The position numbers and the translations under genes are program-made. Below, piece after piece: positions 18,143-26,230 of a stretch of 64,000 bases of DNA. Each line of letters starts with the position of its first letter. The first letter of the stretch is position 1. This stretch comes from a virus: positions 1 to 64,000 of the IMG/VR virus record IMGVR_UViG_3300035181_001203; one strand, given 5' to 3'. The notes under the pieces were generated by a model, which was given only the letters and a program-made list of their open reading frames with translations, did not search any database and was not told where the DNA came from.

Positions 18143-18218
18143 GCGCCTATAGCTCAGCGGTCAGAGCTGGCGGCTCATAACCGCTTGGTCCTAGGTTCGA
18201 ATCCTAGTAGGCGCACCA
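18143..18218 (+). tRNA. tRNA with CAT anticodon (probably Ile2/lysidine type; elongator Met not excluded)
   Basis: GCGCCTA/TAGGCGC acceptor, GGCGG-CTCATAA-CCGCT; paired 1:72, so not an initiator. Confidence 0.9.
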
Positions 18219-18299
18219 TCTATTTTTTTACTTTTCGCTATTCACAGGAGAACATATAAAAAAATGCACAACAAACTTCATTAAAACAAGTTTTATTAT

Positions 18300-18375
18300 T
18301 GGGGGGTGGCGGAGTGGTTAACGCGGCAGACTTTGACTCTGTTTTTCCTAGGTTCGAGTCCTAGCCCCCCAACCA
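18300..18375 (+). tRNA. tRNA-Gln(TTG)
   Basis: TGGGGGG/CCCCCCA acceptor, GCAGA-CTTTGAC-TCTGT, CCA. Confidence 0.93.
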
Positions 18376-18520
18376 ACAACGCAAGCGGTAATTGTTATCA
18401 ACGTTTGTGGGCATCGTATAAACCTTCTTTTTTTTAATTTTCTATATAGATGAAACGTGTTCTCAAGTAAACAGCATTCATTTATTAAAGCTTATGAAGA
18501 ATCAAACATTCATGAAGCAT

Positions 18521-18555
18521 AAAAAAGGCCCCGAAAGGGGCCTTCTCTTTTTTTT
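18521..18555. terminator. Bidirectional intrinsic terminator
   Basis: A6-GGCCCC-GAAA-GGGGCC-TTCTCTTTTTTTT between the convergent RNA island and tail genes. Confidence 0.85.
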
Positions 18556-18569
18556 AGCTATTCAATAAA

Positions 18570-18866
18570 TTAACCAATGGCTCTGCGAACAGCCCCAGCA
18601 ACAGCAGGAGTCGGAAATACTTTCGATATACGCTCTTTAATTAAAGCAGCATCTTCAACTTCTAATTCGCCATTTCCAGACCAAACGGCTTCACCGATGC
18701 GATCAAGCTTGATTTTCGCATCAAGAGAAAGAGCAGCATCTTCCTGTAAAGGTGATTTAAGAGCTAAAGTAATGACATCTTTTAAAGTCAAGTTAGGTGA
18801 ATTTTCATTTAGCTTAAGTGGTTCACCCGTAAAGTCTTTCAGTTCTTGTGAGAAATCAATCTTCAC
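18570..18866 (-). CDS. Hypothetical protein (tail-module associated)
   Basis: GTG start with AGGAG RBS; TGCCATAAT upstream. Confidence 0.65.
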   Translation of the reverse strand: MKIDFSQELKDFTGEPLKLNENSPNLTLKDVITLALKSPLQEDAALSLDAKIKLDRIGEAVWSGNGELEVEDAALIKERISKVFPTPAVAGAVRRAIG

Positions 18867-18906
18867 GACTATCTCCTATTATGGCACGATCATTGTGCCT
18901 GGGTTA

Positions 18907-19290
18907 TTAAGCGGTTAAAATACCTCTATTGATTAAGTCTCGATGAATTAAATTATCTACTAAATTAGCTACTTCTTCACCTAAAATTTCACCACCAACA
19001 CAAACCTTAGAGAAGTATTGAGCGAAAGTGGCAAAATCAAGGTTAATAAAACCTCTAGATTGATCATTCATAGTTGGCATTGGAACATTTTGATCTTGCG
19101 TAGTAACAAGACCAATCTTATTTCCATTGGCATCAACTACATATGTTTTCTTTTCATAATTAACTTGTGCATTAAATGCTGCTACCAAAATACCATTTTG
19201 ATCAATTATAACTCGATTAATACCAATGTTTGTAGCTGCATACTCAGAAACTACATTTCCTGAGATTGAACCTGGAACTGGAATGGCCAT
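18907..19290 (-). CDS. Hypothetical protein
   Basis: Start MAIPVPG after GGAGG; TTGACA-17-CACAAT upstream. Confidence 0.65.
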   Translation of the reverse strand: MAIPVPGSISGNVVSEYAATNIGINRVIIDQNGILVAAFNAQVNYEKKTYVVDANGNKIGLVTTQDQNVPMPTMNDQSRGFINLDFATFAQYFSKVCVGGEILGEEVANLVDNLIHRDLINRGILTA

Positions 19291-19331
19291 AATTACCTCC
19301 ATTTAAATTGTGACACAACCAGAATTGGCTG

Positions 19332-19721
19332 TCAAGTTTTTCTGTTTAAGAATTTCACCAAAGGTTTGTCATGTTTATATAAATGTTTAAACCAATTCTT
19401 ATTAGACAATGTAAATTTTATAGTAAAATTTAAAATTTCGGATTATAATTTAGCGTGTAATACTCTTAATTTTTTTATTATTAATTTATGCTCTTTTACA
19501 TATTCTTCTAATTATGGATATTTAGAATCTTTCATTAAATTTTCTTCATTTTTAATATGATATTCTTCTGGTTTAATTAAATTTTCAAATAATTTTACTA
19601 CAATTTTATCTTCTGTACGTCTAGAGATAATTGTAGATAATCCATTAACTATATAAATTAATTCATTATGTTCTTTATCTATTTGTTCATAACCTATTTT
19701 AGATAATTTACGTTCTCTCAT
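19332..19721 (-). pseudogene. Bacteriohemerythrin-like pseudogene with two in-frame TAA stops
   Basis: IGYEQIDKEH...HIKNEENLM...YP*LEEYVKEH...KL*...WFKHLYKHDKPL; stops at 19512-19514 and 19443-19445. Confidence 0.8.
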
Positions 19722-19728
19722 TTAATAT

Positions 19729-20262
19729 CTATGATTTTATAAATATCCAGGGGGCACTTAGATAATCGTCAGGTTCTACTAAACAGGCTGGTTTATTAAA
19801 TATAAATCCCATTTTTTCATAAACTAATTGAGTAGATTCTGAACAAATATAAGCATCATTTGATTTAAACCAGATCTTCCATTCTTTATTAAATAATCTA
19901 CCCATTCCATGCTGCAATAATAAATTAAGTATTGTTAAATATCCATACTTTTTACCAACAAAATATGAAGTAGCTGTCTTTAATTTATCTTGTTCTAATG
20001 GAAGTTGAGAATTATTTAATCTAGCAATACCAGCTAAACGAAAATCATCTGCTCTATTATATAACTCTGCTTCTGTCATAGAAAGTATACGAATGCCTTT
20101 AGTACCTGCATCTAAGATGATATGTTTATCACCTTCCTGATTAATATATAAAGCTACATGGGTAATCTTATTCCCAGTTATTAATCTAATAAGTTTTGGA
20201 ATAATATTAGAAAATTTCCATGCTGGGGCTTCATATAATAAAACGTCCCCTGGGTTAAACAT
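19729..20262 (-). CDS. Permuted papain-like NlpC/P60 (YiiX/YebB-type) hydrolase
   Basis: PGDVLL, ITHVALY, GKKYG, YICSE in permuted His-before-Cys order. Confidence 0.8.
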   Translation of the reverse strand: MFNPGDVLLYEAPAWKFSNIIPKLIRLITGNKITHVALYINQEGDKHIILDAGTKGIRILSMTEAELYNRADDFRLAGIARLNNSQLPLEQDKLKTATSYFVGKKYGYLTILNLLLQHGMGRLFNKEWKIWFKSNDAYICSESTQLVYEKMGFIFNKPACLVEPDDYLSAPWIFIKS

Positions 20263-20290
20263 GCAATTGCTCCTTATATTGTGTTATAAT
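20263..20290 (+). promoter_or_regulatory. Conserved promoter motif GCAA-N15-TGTTATAA (copy 3)
   Basis: GCAATTGCTCCTTATATTGTGTTATAAT followed by AAGGAG RBS. Confidence 0.65.
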
Positions 20291-20311
20291 ATATATGAAA
20301 GGAGAGCTTAT

Positions 20312-21838
20312 ATGAAGCTCCATAAAATTTTTCTAACTCTTTCCATTTTAGCAGCCCTTATGGGATGCTATGGAGGAAATAACGAAAGTAGCAATGGAAA
20401 CAATAATGTTGCGATACAGACACCTAAAACAACTTATGGGTTTTTTAGGAACTTACAGCCAAAAACTACTGTAAAAGCCCAAGTGGTAAATGGACAAACT
20501 GTGGGTAATCCTTCAATCACAATGGCAACAGCAAGAGAGGGGCATAAAGCTATCTCTATCGGAAATGGAAAATTCATGCTTATTGGCGGTGAACGAATTG
20601 TTTCTGCGAATGGACAAGATCTGCCTTCTTCTGATCCATCGGTTATTGATATATTTGATTCAAATACAGAACAATTTACGCATTTAGATACTATCACAAA
20701 TGTAAGTAGACAATGGAGTAGTGGAGGTGGAACTAATTTTGCTATGGTTCAAATGCCAAATAATAAAATTCTAATTATCGGTGGAGCAAGTAATGGTATA
20801 TCTGAAACTATTGAAGTTTTTGATCCATTAGATAATTCAATTCAACTTATTACTGGAGTGTTTCCAGAAAGGTCAATTAATAATGTTGATCATGCATTTT
20901 ATATTGGAAATAATAAGGTTTTATTAGTTGGAACCTATTTTATTGATAATAATGGACTTCATAATAAAGGGAATGCTGTAATTGATCTTACTACAATGAC
21001 AGGATCATTTATCAATACTCCGTATAATGCGATTAATGGAAATGCTGTACAGCTTTCCGACAGGAGTGTTATTTACGCAGGTGGGAACGATCCTACGATT
21101 ATTATCAATTTTTATAGTGATATTTATCGCATTGATCCAAATACTTTAGAAACTACTAAAATTGGCAACATGCTTTTTCCGAGAAGCCATTTTGGGATGA
21201 CTGTCTTACCTAATGGAAATATTGGAATTTATGGGGGTCTTGCACATATAAATGCTACCTTTGGACAAGATGAGGTTTTACGCTATAAAAGTGTAGAAAT
21301 CATTAATACAACTACGTGGATTCCAAGTCTTAGTGTCGATCTTTTAGGTTATCGTTCAATGACTCTTCCTACTGTGTTACAAACGGGTAATGTTCTCGTT
21401 GCAGGTGGTGTAAATGAAATTGGTAGACCAGCAGATAGTGAATTCGTTCATAATAGCGAGTCTAATCTTTCTGCATTTACCGGTAATCTTACTACGCCCA
21501 GGATGTTTTATTCCGTTATTCCGCTTAATAATGGAAGAATACTAATCTCTGGTGGATTATCTGATATCGGAGCAACTAATACGGCAGAAATTTATGACCC
21601 TGCTGCTAAACTACTGGTAACTTACGATACATCTACAACAATTTCAGTTAGTACAGACACAACTCCTTCAATAGTACATTTTACTTCTACCGGAACTAAA
21701 GTTACTTGGAGCATTAATGGTAATGGAACCATTGACGCGAATGGAGTGTATACTGCTCCAACCAGTCCATCAGTTGACATTATTACTGGAAGTGATGGAA
21801 CCAATTCAACTCAAGTTACTATTACTTCCATTCAGTAA
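20312..21838 (+). CDS. Kelch-repeat beta-propeller lipoprotein with C-terminal Ig-like domain
   Basis: True start MKLHKIF (20312); lipobox LMG-C; repeats R-x-x-H...L.NG.ILI.GG...EI(Y/F)DP; VTWS...GTIDANGVYTAP. Confidence 0.85.
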   Translation: MKLHKIFLTLSILAALMGCYGGNNESSNGNNNVAIQTPKTTYGFFRNLQPKTTVKAQVVNGQTVGNPSITMATAREGHKAISIGNGKFMLIGGERIVSANGQDLPSSDPSVIDIFDSNTEQFTHLDTITNVSRQWSSGGGTNFAMVQMPNNKILIIGGASNGISETIEVFDPLDNSIQLITGVFPERSINNVDHAFYIGNNKVLLVGTYFIDNNGLHNKGNAVIDLTTMTGSFINTPYNAINGNAVQLSDRSVIYAGGNDPTIIINFYSDIYRIDPNTLETTKIGNMLFPRSHFGMTVLPNGNIGIYGGLAHINATFGQDEVLRYKSVEIINTTTWIPSLSVDLLGYRSMTLPTVLQTGNVLVAGGVNEIGRPADSEFVHNSESNLSAFTGNLTTPRMFYSVIPLNNGRILISGGLSDIGATNTAEIYDPAAKLLVTYDTSTTISVSTDTTPSIVHFTSTGTKVTWSINGNGTIDANGVYTAPTSPSVDIITGSDGTNSTQVTITSIQ

Positions 21839-22138
21839 ATTACAAATACTCCTAGTATATTTAGATACGTTGTAGTTAGGAAACATAACGCAAATTTCTG
21901 GGCGGTTCTCATAGATACTACATTGAGTTCCGTCCAGAAATTCACATAATTCATGATCTTTTTTATTAGCTGTTCTATAAAGAACTGGTTTAGATATTAG
22001 ATAGCCAAACTTATATATAAACTCTTTAGAAGCTACTTTAATAGTGCTTCTTAAATGTTCTGGAAGTCTATCGTAATCTATTTGACTTAGAGGTAAAGAA
22101 CCTTTACAACACTCAGTACAACCATTGCATAAATTCAT
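21806..22138 (-). CDS. YkgJ-family (CxxCxxCC) zinc/Fe-S cluster protein
   Basis: CNGCTECC...CEFL...CSIYENRPEICVMFP. Confidence 0.85.
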   Translation of the reverse strand: MNLCNGCTECCKGSLPLSQIDYDRLPEHLRSTIKVASKEFIYKFGYLISKPVLYRTANKKDHELCEFLDGTQCSIYENRPEICVMFPNYNVSKYTRSICNLLNGSNSNLS

Positions 22139-22139
22139 A

Positions 22140-22784
22140 CTATACTATCACTTGGTCGCTAATGTAAATAGTACTCTCAGCTTCATAATCCGTAAATAGT
22201 TTTATGTTACCTCCTGATACCCTCGTGTTAGTATAGCGCACTTGAACAGATGATGAAGAAACGTTTGCAGATAAAACACAAGAGTATATAGTAGGTGTTG
22301 TAGTAAGGCTAATTGCTGAACTCCAAGTAGATCCACCATCTTGAGAATACGCAAAAGTAGGAACAGGACACCCTGATGGACTACTAACTGATCCATTTTC
22401 GGTTGAATCATACCAAGCACGAATTTTTAAAGTCCAACCATTAATGTTACTTATAGTCGGAGTAAAATAAGAACCTGAATCTCCCAAGTAAAATGATGCT
22501 GCGGTTACATAAGATACATAACCATACGTAGTTGTATCTACACTTGTTCCAGTAGTATCACATGCTGGTTTTAACTGGGTAATTAGAATACTATTATTTG
22601 GCCTACTCCAAGTAACATTTGTTTTACCTAACCCATCTAAAAGATAAATAGTTCCAGTGGGAACGCCAAATAATGTTCTGACTTGAGATTGATCTAGATA
22701 TATAGTTCCAGATAAACCCAATTCGGTTTCAACTTCACTCATATAAAGCGGGTCACTTGTCGAAGCACTACTTTGTAAAGTCAT
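22140..22784 (-). CDS. Tail fibre tip / adhesin-like protein
   Basis: MTLQSS...LYMSEVETELG N-terminus; directly after the S74-bearing fibre. Confidence 0.5.
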   Translation of the reverse strand: MTLQSSASTSDPLYMSEVETELGLSGTIYLDQSQVRTLFGVPTGTIYLLDGLGKTNVTWSRPNNSILITQLKPACDTTGTSVDTTTYGYVSYVTAASFYLGDSGSYFTPTISNINGWTLKIRAWYDSTENGSVSSPSGCPVPTFAYSQDGGSTWSSAISLTTTPTIYSCVLSANVSSSSVQVRYTNTRVSGGNIKLFTDYEAESTIYISDQVIV

Positions 22785-25700
22785 AGATTAACCTTTTTAA
22801 TTCTTCTATCTCTTTCTGCTGTTCTTTTACGCACTCAATAAGCAATGGAATGAAAGAGTTATATGTAACTGATAAATATTCTTCACCTTCAATAACGGCT
22901 TCTGGAAATGTTTTTAATGTGTGCTGAGCAGAAACACCTACATGAGTTGTAGTTTTATCTGAAGATGGAGCTAATTCATTCCAGTTAAAATAGAAGCCAT
23001 TTAAGTTTTTAACTTTATCTATGGGATTTAAAATTGGAGTTATATTAGTTTTTAATCTCTCGTCAGAAGTGGCACCAAAGTTAGTAGCGTATACAGTACC
23101 AGCATTCATATAAACTGGGCTATTGGTATATAAATAATTACCATAACCAGAACTACTAGTTGTAAATCCAGTTAAATAAACTGTACCAGTGTTTCCGCCA
23201 GCAGTATAGGGATTAGTAGCATTACCAGCAGTTAATGAAGATGCTGTCCCTGTTAATCCTGCACCCGAACCATTAAATTGTGATGCTGATACAGATGACG
23301 CAAAGGAGGCAGCGCCTGAAGCTCTGTTGATGGCAAATGCTGTTCCTACATAAGTACCTGAATCAGTATATCTACAAATAGTATAATCAGAACCAGCATT
23401 AGAACCTGTTTCAGATCCACTAATGTAAGTAGCCCACCTTCTATTTGATCCATTCTTTATAGCAAATACAGCACTATCAGGAATTGTATTGAGATTAAGA
23501 TCTTGTGTAAAGTTTCCACCTGTAGCCGATAATCCACCATTAGCCGTAATTAATCCGCTTGCTGTTACTGGACCATTGAACGTAGATGTGCCTATATTAT
23601 CAATTATTAATCTAATTGAACCGGCAGTAGTGAAATAAAGCTGTCCAGAAGCATCTGTAGCTTCGATATAATTTGCATTTGGTCTTGAGAAAGTTAATCT
23701 GGCTCCAGAAGACTCGAATTGTACCGTTCCTAGAGAGCCGGTTAATGTAATAGATGTATTGAATGTTCCTGAAGTAGCAGTTAAAGGACCGGAAATATTA
23801 GCATAGGTAGAAGCATAGACAGAGGTAGCTGATACTGTGTTTTGAGCAGAATATTTTCTAAGGGTAAGTGTAGCATCATTATTGTAATATCCTCCATACA
23901 AAGCGGCATAGGCGGTTGTGTTATATGAATCCAGCAGATTTAATCCATGAGTATAGTTAGCACCTTGTATGGTTAATCGAGCATTATCACTTGAGTCAGT
24001 AGTAGAACCTATATAGTTAATATGTGTGCCCTGTATTACCTTAATTTGTTGAGAGTCAGCAGTTGTAACAGAAACCTGACTACTAAATGTTCCTGTGGTA
24101 GCTGATAGGGCACTCATAGAGACTGAGTTAGCAAAGGTAGCTATCCCATTCCCCAGGGTAAGGCTGGTCCCATTTCCAATAGTACTTGTTAAAACAAGGC
24201 TGGCACCAGTAGAACCGCTTCCCGTAATGGTTGCTGTATTGCTTGCCTCATTAGCCGTTATAAATATTCCAGGGTTATTAGTGCTTCCAATCGAGCGAAA
24301 TACTACATTAGCTCCACCAGAAATATCCACGCCCATGCGGGATGCACCAGTAGATCCACCATTCGGACCCACAATAAGCGTTGTCGCCGCACTCAATTGT
24401 CCATTGGCTACTACACCAGCGTTGAAGGTGGCGACACCAGAACCAGCTAGGGTTAAAACCAGTGTCCCGCCAGGTTTGAATCTTATCAGATTTGATCCAG
24501 ACACATAGTTTGTAGAAATATCTAAATTATTCTGACCAGCATCACTAAATAGGAATGTTGCAGACTGAGAACCAAGCCCATTTAGAGCACCAAGCAAAGT
24601 GATCTGTGAATAGCTATTTGAGCTTGGTGCAAAGGTTCCCGTAGTAGCAGTTAGTGGTCCCAGGGTAGTTAAACCGTTCTGTAAAATATCAGCTATTCCA
24701 GAGGTTTGAATTTCATATACATTACAAGATGCCAGATACCAAGTTACAGCGCCAGCAGGACCATTTAAATAAACATGCCCACCACTACTAAAAGTTCCAG
24801 TATTACCACAATGAGAAACCCTAATGTATTCTTCCCATTTTCCAGTCCCAGCAGTAGGAGTTAACCAATAACTGTTATTATTTGTTCCCTGTGAATTTTC
24901 AGCTAGACCTAATGAATAGCCTACAGGTATCTTGGCTCTGAATCTTTGGACATAAGTTCTATTTGGCGCAGAATTTATAGCTAACCAAAATCCACCTAAC
25001 CCTGGAGATACCGCATTACTTCCATCATAAGCAATAGTTAATTTATATCCAGTTCTGTTGGGTGCTTGTGAATCTGCTACTCTGGTAATAGTTAGAGAAG
25101 TTCCGCCAGAGTTATTATATACACTCACACTATTTAACCCAACAGCAAACTCTTCATCAGTATAAAGAGGTTTGCCAGCAGAAATAGCAGCATACCATAA
25201 ACTCATTAACCCATTTTCAGGATTAGCTGTTGAACTGATACCAAGAGAACCAATAGTTGATAGATTACTGTATGGAGTTGTTAAATAGGAAGAAAATGTT
25301 CCTGAAGTAGCAGTTAGGGAACCGTTAAAATTACCGTTACCACTTCCATCAATAGAAGCTACAATACCATTAGAACCATTACAGAAATGAGTTCCGCCTG
25401 TTCCAGCATAATAATTTAGATAAACAGCATTAGCACCAGCAGTAGGATCAAGATGGAGATTAGGTGAGGTTTGTCCAGTAGAAAAGAGCCTTCCACCGGT
25501 TGTGATATTAGAACTAAATACTCCTGAAGCAGCGTAAATATTACCCAAAGAGGTAACATTCCCGTTATCCTGGATAGTTAGAACATCTGTATCCACGCTT
25601 GAGCTTCGGCGAGAAAAAGCATACTTCCACCCAGTACCATCTCCGAAGTATGTTTTTCCAGCCCAAGGCGATCCCAAGCCGCCCACCAGAATCACAGAAG

Positions 25701-26226
25701 AATATGCGGAACTGGCAGCAGATAACGCCCCAGTATTCAAGGCAACGGCTCCAGTAAAGGTGTCACCAGCCTTGTTAATTGGAGTATAGTTTAAGGCAGT
25801 AGTAACATCGGAAGAGGTTAGAGTTACTGCACCAGTTCTTGAATTGAATGAATCTACCTTTGTTCCAGTTAAATAGGTGCTGTTGTCATAAGATACAGTA
25901 GTTCCAGAAACCTTTACAAATCCAGTTCCGTTTAATGCAGCCTGCTTACTGTTAAATGTATTCCAATCAGTTCCACTCAAAGCACCTGTCACACCTGAAG
26001 ATGCTAATCCAAGTGAAAGTGTTTGTCCAGATAAAGAAAGCCCGTTAGCTGTTCCCAGTGTAACGGGCGCATGAATATCTGTTAATAATGCAACTGTTCC
26101 AGTATTATTTGGAAAAGTATAAGTTCTATCCGCAGTATTGGCATGAGTTAAAATGCCTTGATAAGTATTTCCAGTTATAACAATTGATGGATTTGATAAC
26201 TTAGTAACTGGCGATCCAATGATCAT
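22768..26226 (-). CDS. Long tail fibre with C-terminal Peptidase S74 intramolecular chaperone
   Basis: G/S/T-rich repeats; SDERLKTNI...GVSAQ...FPEAV...YNSFIPLLIECVKE. Confidence 0.88.
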   Translation of the reverse strand: MIIGSPVTKLSNPSIVITGNTYQGILTHANTADRTYTFPNNTGTVALLTDIHAPVTLGTANGLSLSGQTLSLGLASSGVTGALSGTDWNTFNSKQAALNGTGFVKVSGTTVSYDNSTYLTGTKVDSFNSRTGAVTLTSSDVTTALNYTPINKAGDTFTGAVALNTGALSAASSAYSSVILVGGLGSPWAGKTYFGDGTGWKYAFSRRSSSVDTDVLTIQDNGNVTSLGNIYAASGVFSSNITTGGRLFSTGQTSPNLHLDPTAGANAVYLNYYAGTGGTHFCNGSNGIVASIDGSGNGNFNGSLTATSGTFSSYLTTPYSNLSTIGSLGISSTANPENGLMSLWYAAISAGKPLYTDEEFAVGLNSVSVYNNSGGTSLTITRVADSQAPNRTGYKLTIAYDGSNAVSPGLGGFWLAINSAPNRTYVQRFRAKIPVGYSLGLAENSQGTNNNSYWLTPTAGTGKWEEYIRVSHCGNTGTFSSGGHVYLNGPAGAVTWYLASCNVYEIQTSGIADILQNGLTTLGPLTATTGTFAPSSNSYSQITLLGALNGLGSQSATFLFSDAGQNNLDISTNYVSGSNLIRFKPGGTLVLTLAGSGVATFNAGVVANGQLSAATTLIVGPNGGSTGASRMGVDISGGANVVFRSIGSTNNPGIFITANEASNTATITGSGSTGASLVLTSTIGNGTSLTLGNGIATFANSVSMSALSATTGTFSSQVSVTTADSQQIKVIQGTHINYIGSTTDSSDNARLTIQGANYTHGLNLLDSYNTTAYAALYGGYYNNDATLTLRKYSAQNTVSATSVYASTYANISGPLTATSGTFNTSITLTGSLGTVQFESSGARLTFSRPNANYIEATDASGQLYFTTAGSIRLIIDNIGTSTFNGPVTASGLITANGGLSATGGNFTQDLNLNTIPDSAVFAIKNGSNRRWATYISGSETGSNAGSDYTICRYTDSGTYVGTAFAINRASGAASFASSVSASQFNGSGAGLTGTASSLTAGNATNPYTAGGNTGTVYLTGFTTSSSGYGNYLYTNSPVYMNAGTVYATNFGATSDERLKTNITPILNPIDKVKNLNGFYFNWNELAPSSDKTTTHVGVSAQHTLKTFPEAVIEGEEYLSVTYNSFIPLLIECVKEQQKEIEELKRLIYDFTK

Positions 26227-26230
26227 GCTA

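Noticed and set aside
14700-18520. tmRNA or RNase P RNA
   Set aside because: No tRNA-Ala-like ends with tag ORF, and no complete RNase P P4 signature found
19332-19721. Stop-codon reassignment as the explanation for internal TAA codons
   Set aside because: TAA, TAG and TGA all end genes normally, long ORFs are intact in code 11, and no suppressor tRNA is present
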